In this document: piece after piece, positions 12,186 to 23,280 of the stretch
How the letters are laid out: each line of letters begins with the position of its first letter
Position numbering within the stretch: the stretch's first letter is position 1
Origin: Eledone cirrhosa
Lineage: Eukaryota
NCBI GenBank assembly: GCA_964016885.1
Contig: OZ024742.1
Coordinates: forward strand, 321,594,001 to 321,658,000
DNA: 64,000 nucleotides
Direction of reading: 5' to 3'
Translations under genes and position numbers: made by a program
Notes under the pieces: model-generated
What the model was told of the DNA's origin: nothing
Databases searched by the model: none
The model's input: the letters and a program-made list of their open reading frames with translations, nothing else

Positions 12186-12864
12186 ATTCCATTCCATAGG
12201 GTGGATGTAATGGCGTGGTGGATAGATGTGACATTTTGAAAATAATTTGTTTCGAAGTATTATTTGATCCTGACCTTCTGCCATCACCATCAGGTCATAA
12301 CATATTGCTTTGATGTCAACTTTTTCATCTTCATTGTATTATATTCTAGTCTCTAGTGGATTATTGTTGTTGTTGTATTGTGTTGTTGTTGGTGTTGTTG
12401 TTTCAAATTCATGTCGTCTGTCTGTATGTATGTTTATCAGTCTGTCTGATTGTCTATCTGTATATATGTTTGACTATCTGTTTTTCTCTCTGCCTATCTA
12501 TCAAATGATTTCTTCTTCTTCTTCTTCTTCTTCTTCTTCTTCTTCCAGAGTGAGAGAAGGGGGAAGAATTGGCCCTTCTACTAGGTTGGTACTTTATTTA
12601 TCAACCCTGAAAGGATGAAAGGCAGAAATGGACTCGTTGGTATTTGGACCCAGAACGCAGGGAGCCGGGACGAATACCGCAAATCTGATGATATGGCTTG
12701 ACATTAAATGAAACAATGGTTTAGAGAGAAATAATTTATTACAACAAAAATATATAATAAATGTTTATCTAATATTATTATCTAATTTTATTGCTTAATC
12801 GTAGGGTTGCTCAGAGCCCACCTTAGTGTACTCTACACGGCACTTTGCTATATCCCACTATAGA

Positions 12865-13156
12865 CAAGAGGTTTCAAACTCAAGGACCTAAAAGGGCCAT
12901 TACGTCCTGGGGGGAGGGCACACCATGCCAGAAGTTAGATGAGGTGTGATTTTTACCAGCTGATAGGCTGCTATACTTTTTTTTAAAATCAAAATCATTA
13001 TGCATCTGATACTAAGTGGATTATGTGAATTAGTACAAAATATAAGGGGATCAAATTTTCCGTTTCAATTTTTTCATGATTTGTCACAAAAATTATTCTG
13101 CTGCGGGCCATAGAAAAGTAGTATACGATCCGCAAGCCGCGTCTTTGAAATCCTTG
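12865..13156. mobile_element. Degenerate hAT (Charlie-like) MITE
   Basis: Imperfect TIR caagaggtttcaaac / tttgaaatccttg; flanks ctatagac / cttcagac. Confidence 0.5.
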
Positions 13157-14079
13157 CTTCAGACCACTGTACTATATATAATAATTTCTATGTTAGACAC
13201 AAGGCCAGCAATTTGTAGGAAGGGGAGGTTGATTATATCAACCTCCATATTTTACTGGTACTTTATTTCATCGATTCTCCAGAAGGATGAAAGGCAAAGT
13301 TGACCATGGCGGGTTTTGAACGTAGACCGTAAAGAGCCAGAACTGTTTACTATATGTACACTATAGACTACAAGCGGCTGTAATATATAAAACCATACAA
13401 GATTGGGCTTTTGCCAATAAAGCGACACAAGATTGGGGCAACCTGGATAATATGCTTTTATTTGGCATTTAGTTACAGCCCGTTACATTCTGAGTTCAAA
13501 TTCTGCCACGGTCAACTTTGTCTTTCATCCTTCTGAGATCAATAAAATAAAGTACCAGTTAATTACTTGGGTCAGTATAATAAACTACTCTCCAAATTGT
13601 TTTTAATCAGCTACAGTTTCATTAAAAAGTAATCCTGTGTTGATATAATCGACTCTCCGCTCCCCACCGCCCCGCCCCAACTGTGGGCCTTGTCTTCTGG
13701 TTTTCGTGTGTTCCATTATCACAAACTCCACTTCGAACCAATACTAACATAATTGCGCAACAATATACATGTGTCTAAAGTAGAAACCATTATATAAAAC
13801 CATACAGTACAATACCATGTGAATGCAAGCTTGGCTGAATGTTTAAGAAGTTCGATGCCACTGCGAGGCATCTTCAGAAAGTGTTTTATCGATAGTCTTA
13901 GGGTGACCTAAAATTTGTGAGTGGCATTGGGTAGATAAACAATTGGATGGAAACTCATCGGATGTATCTACAACTCAAAGGTCCAAACTTGTCACATATT
14001 GTGTCATATTGAATCTCACAGATAATTACGTGGAGGACACATGTCTCTGCTGCGGAATACTCAGCTACTTATAATATAA

Positions 14080-14470
14080 GTATTTAGGCACAAGGTCAGC
14101 AAATTTGGGGGAAGGGGAGAGTCGATTAAAACGAGCCCAGTGCATTACTGGTACTTTATTTTTTCGAGCCCCGTAAGGATGAAAGGCAAAGCTAACCTCG
14201 GCTTTGAACTCAGACCGTAAAGAACCGTAACTCTTTGCTGCAAAGCGTGGTGTCCGACGCGCTACCGATTCTGCCAATCCACCGCTCTCTTATAATATAA
14301 TTGTTTCTACTTTTGGAACAAGGCCAGCAATTATCCTGGTACTTTATTTTATCGACCTCGTAAGGATGAAAGGCAAAGTTTACCTCAGCGGGATTTGAAC
14401 TCAGGCCGTAAAGAACCGTAACTCTATGCATGGCGTTCGACCCTCTACCAATACTGCCAATCCACCGCCC
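14080..14470 (-). mobile_element. Two tandem SINE family A copies (14080-14290, 14298-14470)
   Basis: Same head, central domain and tail as the other family A copies. Confidence 0.85.
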
Positions 14471-14983
14471 TCTTATAATATAAGATGGACTGTACCTGTA
14501 ATTCAAAGGTCCAGCCTCGTCATATATTGTTTCACGTTGAATTACATTAAGGGTACTCGCGTTTCTGTAATACACAGCCACCTGTACGTGAAATCACGAG
14601 TTGGACGTTTAATTGTTCAGACAACTGAAACAATCATCCCCGAAAACGACTGAGATCCGGATTTTTTTTTTTTTAATGTTCGTGGAAGTGGTTCTACCGG
14701 GACCTTGATTTGTTTACGAAGCTTGTGAAAGTTTTTTTTTAATTCTTTTTGTTGTTTGTTTTTGTTTTGTTCGTTGAAGATAGATAGGGGTTGGAGTTAG
14801 TCTTGAAAGGGGAGTTGTTTACCGCCTGACTGTGGTTGCCAGGTATGTGTGGAGTAGAAAAGGATTCTCGATAAGGAGTCATTGTGGTATGATTGGTGAG
14901 GTGTGTGGGCGTGCTTGTGTACTTACTGGAATGTGTGTGTATGGTACAATTGTGACGTTATTCTGTCACTCCAAGTGTTATCG

Positions 14984-15015
<32 letters not shown>

Positions 15016-16005
15016 CTGTGTGCGTATTTGTGTGTGTATACATAAATACACACGCGCGCAAACGCATATACACACAAACACACACACACACATACACAAA
15101 CACACACACACACATACATATATGTGTGAATACACTAATTTATACCGGGCAACAGATAGATTTTACTTTATCATTAAAATATGAATGTTGATGTCCCAAT
15201 AGGGCTCAGTAAATGGAGCTTATTAAAATATATATCCAGTTAAATATCAAAATTCACGGGAGATAGTATAGTCCATATGTAATGATGTTAATATCAAGAT
15301 ACATATTATATCGAAGATCTTGTGATAATCACCAAGTTTCATATGCTACATACACAATCATCACCTCAAGATGAACAAGTATATAATCATAGATATTTAG
15401 TTTATATGAGGACAGATTTATATATTTTTCGTAAGAGAAACGAAACAAGAGTACCAGCAAAATCAGCAAATAATAAGTGTTGTATGTACATGTGTGGCTT
15501 TGTGATAAGGCGTTCGGCTCACAATCGTGAGGTCGTGAGTTCGATTCCCGGCGGCGCGTTGTGTCCTAGAGCAAGACACTTTATTTCACGTTGCTCCAGT
15601 CCACTCAGCTTCCAGATAACTACGTTTAGTGTACAAGTGTCTGTGGAATGCTCAGCCACTTGCACGTTAATTTCATTTGATCGGATCAACTGGAATGTTC
15701 GTCGTCATAACCGACGGAGTGCCAGTCATGTATGTAAGTAAGTATGTATACACACACAGACACACACACATATATATATAGAGATAGATAGATATATAGT
15801 AGTAGTAGTAGCAGTAGTAGTGGGTATATACATTGAGGGTGATAGGTTGTGTAATAGCCACGTCATTATATAACACAGTTGATGGTAGGATGTGATAAAA
15901 AGAATATCGCATAATACAGTATGTTTTATTAAGTAACACTTAAAATGTCATGGTATATTGTATAATTTGCTGGCTAGTGGTATAGTGGTAGTGGTAGTAG
16001 AGATA

Positions 16006-16045
<40 letters not shown>

Positions 16046-16231
16046 TCTGTTATGATATTATATATATATATATAATATCTCTACTTCCGCCACCTCACAC
16101 CCTCATCACCAACCACCACAACCACCGCCACCAACACCACTACTACTGTATATATGTATATATGTATATATATATATATATATATATACATATATGATAA
16201 GTAGAAGGGATATTTAATTTGGAGTAAATAT

Positions 16232-16628
16232 TCAATGATATTAAATAAATGGAAACTATATTTATAAAACTATATTTATTCTATTATATGCCGAGGTTGA
16301 CTTTGCCTTTCATCCTTACGGGGTCGATAAAATAAAGTACCAGTAATGCACTGGGTAATTGCTGGCCTTGTGCCTAAAGTAAAAACAATTATATATATTT
16401 CTAGGGTACCAAAAACTTTGGTACGCTTTCATCAGATAAAATACAGGAAAATTCATCCAAGGAAAATTCAACTGATAAGGTATGTTTCCTTGACTATGTC
16501 AAATTTTATAAAACACACTTTGTATTTTATATGATGAAAGCGTACCAAAGTTTTTGGTGCACTTGAAATATATATAATAGAATAAATATGGTTTTATAAA
16601 TATAGTTTCCATTTATTTAATATCATTG
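16232..16628. repeat. Fold-back PLE pseudo-LTR pair with hammerhead motifs; left arm interrupted by a SINE A 3' piece (16290-16390)
   Basis: Inverted arms aatgatattaaataaatggaaactatatttataaaac / gttttataaatatagtttccatttatttaatatcatt; homologous to the pLTR at 50100-50247 beside the Penelope ORF. Confidence 0.85.
16523..16584 (+). ncRNA. Type I hammerhead motif (C3 mutated); intact-core mirror copy at 16390-16444(-)
   Basis: tattttat-(A/C)TGATGA-aagcgtacca..tggtgcactt-GAAAT-ATAT-ATA-atagaata. Confidence 0.7.
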
Positions 16629-16641
16629 TATATACATATAC

Positions 16642-16704
<63 letters not shown>

Positions 16705-17354
16705 GAATAATCGAGTATCGAAAAATCGGCGCACGAGTTCACGATAAACAAAATTCGAGATGAGCGGCAGAGGGCTCCATAATTCAGATAAATCAGAGCT
16801 ATAACTATCGTTAAAATACCGTCACACGTAGAATATGTCTACAATCAACCATACGACCGAAAAATTGCGATATGGAAGATTCGGGACACTCAGATAAATT
16901 ATCAATAAATCAATAAATCAAATGAATATATATATATATATAGAGAGAGAGAGGATACATATACGTATGTATGTGCGTGTCTTGGGTATGACATTAAACT
17001 AAATCCAGTGGCAAGGCTCCAGTTCGGGAGTTCAGGAGCTGTGGGGAATGTGGAGTTACCTCTTAGTTGGTATAACTCCCAGGTCTGCTCTGGCCCGGAA
17101 TAGTAGTACTGTTAGGACCCCATTTATGGGTTAAATAAATACCTTATTCGAGTGGCGCCGGTAAGGTATTATCAGCCATTGAAAAGAACCACGGAGAGTA
17201 GATTTAACAGCACTAGGGTTATAGCTCTTATATACACTGTCAAGGAGCAGTCTGGTCGTTATGACTCTGCTGGTTTAGAGCCACAGGGAGGGCCAGTGGA
17301 TGATGGATCAGCTGTTTCTGAGACATATATTTTTGATCTCGGGAATTTTACCCG

Positions 17355-17424
<70 letters not shown>

Positions 17425-17425
<1 letters not shown>

Positions 17426-17557
17426 AGTGGTTACACAACAGTTAGTTCACCATAACTTAGCGGATCCTCAGCTCGTAATGGCGAGCCAGTACGAGCTGAA
17501 GATCCGCTAAGGTGAAACAATTGTTCTCGGTATGGTGAACAAACTGTTGTGTAACCA

Positions 17558-17560
<3 letters not shown>
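17425..17560. repeat. Fold-back palindrome between (TA)n/(GA)n tracts
   Basis: aagtggttacacaacagtt...aactgttgtgtaaccactt with inner arms cttagcggatcctcagctcgta / tacgagctgaagatccgctaag. Confidence 0.92.
17492..17529 (+). ncRNA. Minimal type I hammerhead ribozyme with palindromic stem III
   Basis: cgag-CTGAAGA-tccgctaaggt-GAAAC-AATT-GTT-ctcg: stem I cgag/ctcg, intact core, palindromic AACAATTGTT. Confidence 0.85.
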
Positions 17561-17623
<63 letters not shown>

Positions 17624-17718
17624 TTATATATATATAAATATATACACACATATAAATAGCTCTGTACTATACATAGAGCACTCTTCTTTCCTTTACCTTT
17701 TCTACGGAAATACATAAA

Positions 17719-17787
<69 letters not shown>

Positions 17788-18252
17788 AAAGGAAAACAGA
17801 AATAACAACACAATCGGTACAGTATATGGAAGGTATATATTAGGTTAACGCTTGATATGCGCGTGTGTGCGTGAGTGCATGTACTCACATACATATACTC
17901 ACATACATATGTATGACTGTGTGTGTGTATGTATATAAGTGTATATGTATGTATGCATATATGTATGTGTATGCATATATATACCTACATATATATGTGT
18001 GATTTGTGCGTGTAATTTAGGGAATACGTGAATGTCACTATACCAAACGAGATAACGTTTACAAGAAAAACCCCACTATTTTACTTATTTTCTCACGAGG
18101 TCCTTTCCTCATCCGGTGTTCTCAGAATAAATTCACGATTGTCCCGTATTTCATTTCCTCCCTATAGCTTTGATGTCTTTACATATATACCTTTTCCATT
18201 GTATACACACATCATTTACCTGCACATCTTACCTTCTTACTCTATCCATTTA

Positions 18253-18315
<63 letters not shown>

Positions 18316-18399
18316 ATACACCTATATATAGATATATGTATGTATATATGTTTTCATATATAATACACGCGCGCATATATAACACACACACACACACAC

Positions 18400-18444
<45 letters not shown>

Positions 18445-18506
18445 GCTTTAAAAAACGCTAAGAACTTTCCGGACAACTTATTATCTATCTATCTATCTAG
18501 GTAGCT

Positions 18507-18577
18507 TTTTTTGTATGTAAACTTCCCCCTTTGTATTTGTCCCCTTCTTTTGTGCCCCTGTGGCTAATAAAGAAATA
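18507..18577 (+). mobile_element. Extremely 5'-truncated Tx1 3' end with 17-bp target-site duplication
   Basis: ttgtatttgtcccc...cccctgtggctaataaagaaat matches the Tx1 3' termini (28840-28883; 39305-39360 rc); flanked by tatctatctaggtagct at 18490-18506 and 18578-18594. Confidence 0.8.
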
Positions 18578-18846
18578 TATCTATCTAGGTAGCTAATTAG
18601 CGATATATTAACTTTGATATATATATATATATATATATATATAAGTATGTACACGTACATACATATATGTATACAGACGTACAGTAGTATGTATATATAT
18701 ATACATACATGCACACATATATATATGTACGTATGGATTCACCGAACATTTATTATAATGCTCGGTGTGTTTGTAAACAAACATCCCGTATTAAGCCGTA
18801 GTGTCCAGCAACCATCGTTGCTCGTTTGTTCAACACTGACAAAGGA

Positions 18847-18889
18847 ACGCTGTACTAGTTTCAAGCTTATTAGCTATCGTCAGCAACGT
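18847..18889 (-). ncRNA. Minimal type I hammerhead ribozyme (family D)
   Basis: Reverse complement = acgttg-CTGACGA-tagctaataagctt-GAAAC-TA-GTA-cagcgt. Confidence 0.85.
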
Positions 18890-19156
18890 ACATATATATA
18901 TGTGTGCATGTATGTATATATATATATATATATACATACTACTGTACGTCTGTATACATATATGGATGTACGTGTACATACTTATATTTGAGTAACAGCC
19001 GTACTAAGAGTGGGAAATGAAATTTCGTTTCATTTTTTCCGTTTATCGTTTTCGGTGCACCCGGCCGATTAACCCACTCGATATGCAAATTAGGCTACTC
19101 AGCCGTTAATATGCATAAGGTAAGTATATATGTTCAACAATCTGGCAGGAAGGTAT

Positions 19157-19199
19157 ACGTTGCTGACGATAGCTAATAAGCTTGAAACTAGTACAGCGT
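19157..19199 (+). ncRNA. Minimal type I hammerhead ribozyme (family D)
   Basis: acgttg-CTGACGA-t-agct-aata-agct-t-GAAAC-TA-GTA-cagcgt; palindromic stem III ACTAGT. Confidence 0.87.
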
Positions 19200-19456
19200 T
19201 CCTTTGTCAGTGTTGAACAAACGAGCAACGATGGTTGCTGGACACTACGGCTTAATGCGGGATGTTTGTTTACAAACACACCGAGCATTATAATAAATGT
19301 TCGGTGAATCCATACGTACATATATATATGTGTGCATGTATGTATATATACATACTACTGTACGTCTGTATACATATATGTATGTACGTGTACATACTTA
19401 TATTTAAGTAACAGCCGTACTAAGAGTGGGAAATGAAATTTCGTTTCATTTTTTCC

Positions 19457-19497
<41 letters not shown>

Positions 19498-19608
19498 AAT
19501 ATATATGTAATGCGTATAAATTAATGCGTATAATGAAATGAATTCCCGAATATGAACGAGACTTAAAAATATATAAAGGACGAGGGTACACATTTGTAAC
19601 GTCTAAAA

Positions 19609-20209
19609 CAGTGGTCGCCAACCTTTCGGACCTCACGAACCACTAAATTCATAATTTTAAATCCCGTGGACCACTAATATGGATTTTCAAAAAAAGATAA
19701 TACGCTTGTAAAATAATGATCAGAGAACCTTCATTTTATTAAATAATACTGAAGCGTACGTGTGTCATATTGTTGATAGATGATACCTATGTGTAACATT
19801 CTTTCGTGGATGTTAGCTCTTTACTGAAGAGAAACATATTTTAGAGGTTTTACAACATATTTTAATCGAATATTATTTTTGTTTTATAATTAATAGAACA
19901 TAGCCGATGGATTGGCAGTGACGGTAGAGGGTCAGACGCCATGCTTTGCAGCATAGAGTTACGGCCCTTTGCGGTCTGATTTTAAATCCCGCCGACATTC
20001 ACTTTGTCTTTCATCCTTACGGGGTCGATAAATAAAGCACAAGTAATGCACTAGGGTCGATTTAATCGACTTTCCCCTTTTCCCAAAATTGCTGGCCTTG
20101 TGCCTAATGTAGAAAAAATTATTAATAGAACATAAATATTGCAAATAATGTCCAAATATTTCTGCGGACTACCAATATTTTCTCTCGGACCACCGGTTGG
20201 CGACCGCTG
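19609..20209. mobile_element. hAT (Charlie-like) MITE containing a nested SINE A (19903-20120)
   Basis: TIR cagtggtcgccaacc / ggttggcgaccgctg; 8-bp TSD gtctaaaa / ttctaaaa. The nested SINE has TSD attaatagaacata. Confidence 0.85.
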
Positions 20210-20275
20210 TTCTAAAATATTAAAACCAAAAATGTATATAAAGCTCATAAACTTCAATTGGACAATGGTTTAAAC

Positions 20276-20773
20276 CAGATGTGGGGAACCTCCTTCATGT
20301 TGAAAGGCCGTATTAAGTTACTTGTAATATAAAAATGCCGCATTCAAGAAACCATAATTATATAGGTATTCTTAAAATCTACATTATTTTAATTCTGGTT
20401 GTCTGTCAGTATGGGTTATTTCGTTAAATTTTCTTTTACTGTTTGGTATTTGAAATACTTTCATCTCATGGTTTAAATTAAAATAATTGTTTCTACTTTT
20501 GGTACAAGGCTAGCAGTGCATTACCGGTGCTTTATTCCATCCACCCCGTAAGGATGAAAGGCAAAGTTAACCTCGGCGGGATTTGAACTCAGACCGTAAC
20601 TCTATGCTGCAAAGCATGGCGTCCGACCCTCTACCGATACTGCCAATCCACCGAGATAGACAAAACCAATAAAAATTAAAATTTGTTGAAAATGTTTGAT
20701 TCTTTCAAAAGGCTGCACAGAATGGCATAGAAGGCTACATGGGGCCTTAAGACCGCATGTTCCCCCATCTCTG
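20276..20773. mobile_element. hAT MITE containing a nested SINE A (20484-20653, -)
   Basis: TIR cagatgtggggaac / gttcccccatctctg; TSD-like gtttaaac / gtttagaa. Confidence 0.7.
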
Positions 20774-20789
20774 GTTTAGAATATATACT

Positions 20790-21240
20790 TAATTCTTAAC
20801 ATCCTGTAATAATTTAGCAGAGAATATCTAAAAGCGGGTTTCTTCATTCATTCTTGTGAACAAGTCGTTGTGAAATTTTACAGTATTAGAGAAAACATTT
20901 TCATTTTTAATGTAATGTAATCATTTTTTCTGAATTTCGCATATACAAGATTGTTAATTAACTCTTAACATCCTATAATGGTTTAGCAGAAAATATCTTA
21001 AAAACGGCATTGTTTATTCAAATGTTTACAGTATCTTTTTAGTGGACAGATCGTTGCGAGAATTAGCAGTATAAGAGTAAAGATTTTAATTTTTAATATA
21101 ATGCGCTCATATTTTCAAGAATTTCTTGCTAATGTGTTTTCCTGTGGTTTGTTCATTTAAATGTCTATAGTATCTTTACATGTTTTCAGATCATTGTGAA
21201 AATTTATAGTATTAGAGTAAAGATTTATATTTTTAATGAG
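20790..21240. repeat. Degenerate ~170-bp tandem duplication
   Basis: tcttaacatcct..atttagcaga.aatatct and cagtattagag.aaa..atttt..tttttaat blocks recur 2-3 times. Confidence 0.65.
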
Positions 21241-21314
21241 GCTGTTAGGGTGTTGCTTTGCATTTTAAGGTTTTGTTAATATAGCATCAGCAGCAGTAGC
21301 ATCAGCAGCTGTTG

Positions 21315-21386
<72 letters not shown>

Positions 21387-21395
21387 ATGTCATCA

Positions 21396-21781
21396 ATGAC
21401 TTGTTTATTAAATTAGTAATAAGAATACGCATTTCTCAAAAGACCTGGTTAATGATATCTGTAGAAGAATCTATAAACCTGTCATCGAATAAAGAAATCT
21501 TTGACAATGCGGCTCCTTACTGCAATAAAGCACTGAGAGCAAGCAGATTGGTAGATAAGATGACATATACTCCTAACCACCCGTCATCTAACAGTAAGAA
21601 GAAATGCATCAATCACCTATACTATTTAAAAGCAATAACCTCAAACTGAGCTATAGGTGTACACAAATATGGTCAACCTGATAATAAACAAAATAACTAA
21701 ATTAACTGTTGCCAACAGCACATACAGAAAAAACAAACAACTAGTATCTAAGAAAAAAAAAGCTAGTATCTAAGAAACAGA

Positions 21782-21871
<90 letters not shown>

Positions 21872-22263
21872 TCTGTTTCATAGATACTAGCTTTTGCGTT
21901 TCGTGACTAATGAAGACGGCAGTTGTTTGTTTTTTCTGTATGTGCTGTTGGCAACAGTTAATTTAGTTATTTTGTTTATTATCAGGTTGACCATATTTGT
22001 GTACACCTATAGCTCAGTTTGAGGTTATTGCTTTTAAATAGTATAGGTGATTGATGCATTTCTTCTTACTGTTAGATGACGGGTGGTTAGGAGTATATGT
22101 CATCTTATCTACCAATCTGCTTGCTCTCAGTGCTTTATTGCAGTAAGGAGCCGCATTGTCAAAGATTTCTTTATTCGATGACAGGTTTATAGATTCTTCT
22201 ACAGATATCATTAACCAGGTCTTTTGAGAAATGCGTATTCTTATTACTAATTTAATAAACAAG

Positions 22264-22266
<3 letters not shown>
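21396..22266. repeat. ~390-bp near-perfect inverted duplication of decayed Penelope sequence around a (TA)n spacer
   Basis: ORFs 21401-21649(+) and 22014-22319(-) share an identical peptide. SVEESINLSSNKEIFDNAAPYCNKAL resembles SVQERISRISSNKNMFDEKAQYYNEAL of the PLE at 49019-49699. Confidence 0.9.
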
Positions 22267-22298
<32 letters not shown>

Positions 22299-22373
22299 CG
22301 AATCTCTGGCAGTTTGCAAGTAAATTCGGCCTACTTATATGAAATGATGAGTTAGCATTATATATATATATAA

Positions 22374-22557
22374 GGGCGGTGGATTGGCAGTATCGGTAGA
22401 GAATCGGACGCCATGCTTTCCAGCATAGTTACGTCCCTTTACGATCTGAGTTCAAATCCCGCCGAGCTTGACTTTGCCTTTCATCCTTACGGGGTCGATA
22501 AAATAAAGTACCAGTAATGCACTGGATAATTGCTGGCCTTGTGCCTAAAGTAGAAAC

Positions 22558-22561
<4 letters not shown>
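22374..22561 (+). mobile_element. SINE family A
   Basis: Full head-core-tail copy lying in (TA)n. Confidence 0.88.
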
Positions 22562-22597
<36 letters not shown>

Positions 22598-22603
<6 letters not shown>

Positions 22604-23080
22604 AGGCGCTTGCCCTGGTGGTCAGGGTGGCCGTGGTCTTTTGTGTGGTTTTCGCCACGAGTAACCCTGGGAGGTTTCCCCCCTATTGGGGAATTTTTCA
22701 TTGTTTCAATTCTCATTTTTATTGTTTATATATATATATATATGTTCCTGTCTTTTTTTCTTTTCTTATATAAATAATTGTTTCTACTTTTGGCACAAGG
22801 CCAGCAATTACCCAGTGTATTACTGGTACTTTATTTTATCGACCCCATAAGGATGAAAGGCAAAGTTAACCTCGGCCGGATTTGAACTCAGAATGGCAAG
22901 GGCCGTAACTCTATGCGTCAAAGCATGGCGTCCGACCCTCTACCGATACTGCCAATCCACCGCCCTTATATAAATATTAAAAATATTTACACGCACAAAA
23001 CCCACATCGTACCGTCTGTAATGTTTTTCTTGATGTCAGCCCTTGTGGCCAATAAAGAAATCATTATTATTATTATTATT
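22598..23080 (+). mobile_element. Tx1-related 3' UTR fragment with (ATT)n tail, interrupted by SINE A (22776-22966, -)
   Basis: aaccctggg...cccctattggggaatttt and cccttgtggccaataaa match the 3' UTR at 28700-28883. Confidence 0.8.
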
Positions 23081-23280
23081 GAGTCTTTTTGCTCGCTCCC
23101 GTAAGTTCACTTATTTACCTATCAAAACTGATTTATCGAATTTTTTGTTGTTGTGTAAGGCATACAAGCCCTTGGACTTTGCCCTGTGAAGGGGAAAGAA
23201 TAATATTTGGGCCTTTTGGCCCAAATATTTGAACTTTTTTACATTTAAAAAAAATTATCGAGAAAAAAAACAAAAAAAAC

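Larger units (their letters stand above)
18643..19460. mobile_element. HHR-bearing PLE-type unit family D: inverted copy + partial tail + full copy
   Basis: 18643-18889 is the reverse complement of 19157-19401; partial direct tail at 18890-19043. Other copies at 120-250, 31976-32362 and 45607-46337. Confidence 0.85.

Noticed and set aside
22374-22465. tRNA genes at SINE heads
   Set aside because: The A/B boxes continue into the shared SINE body and tail, so these are SINE copies rather than tRNAs.
23209-23221. GGCCTTTTGGC in the Tx1 5' UTR matches U2 stem-loop I, suggesting a U2-targeting (Keno-like) insertion
   Set aside because: Only 11 nt match, with no further U2 sequence on either side. 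Both U2 genes are uninterrupted and the element is flanked by (ATT)n.
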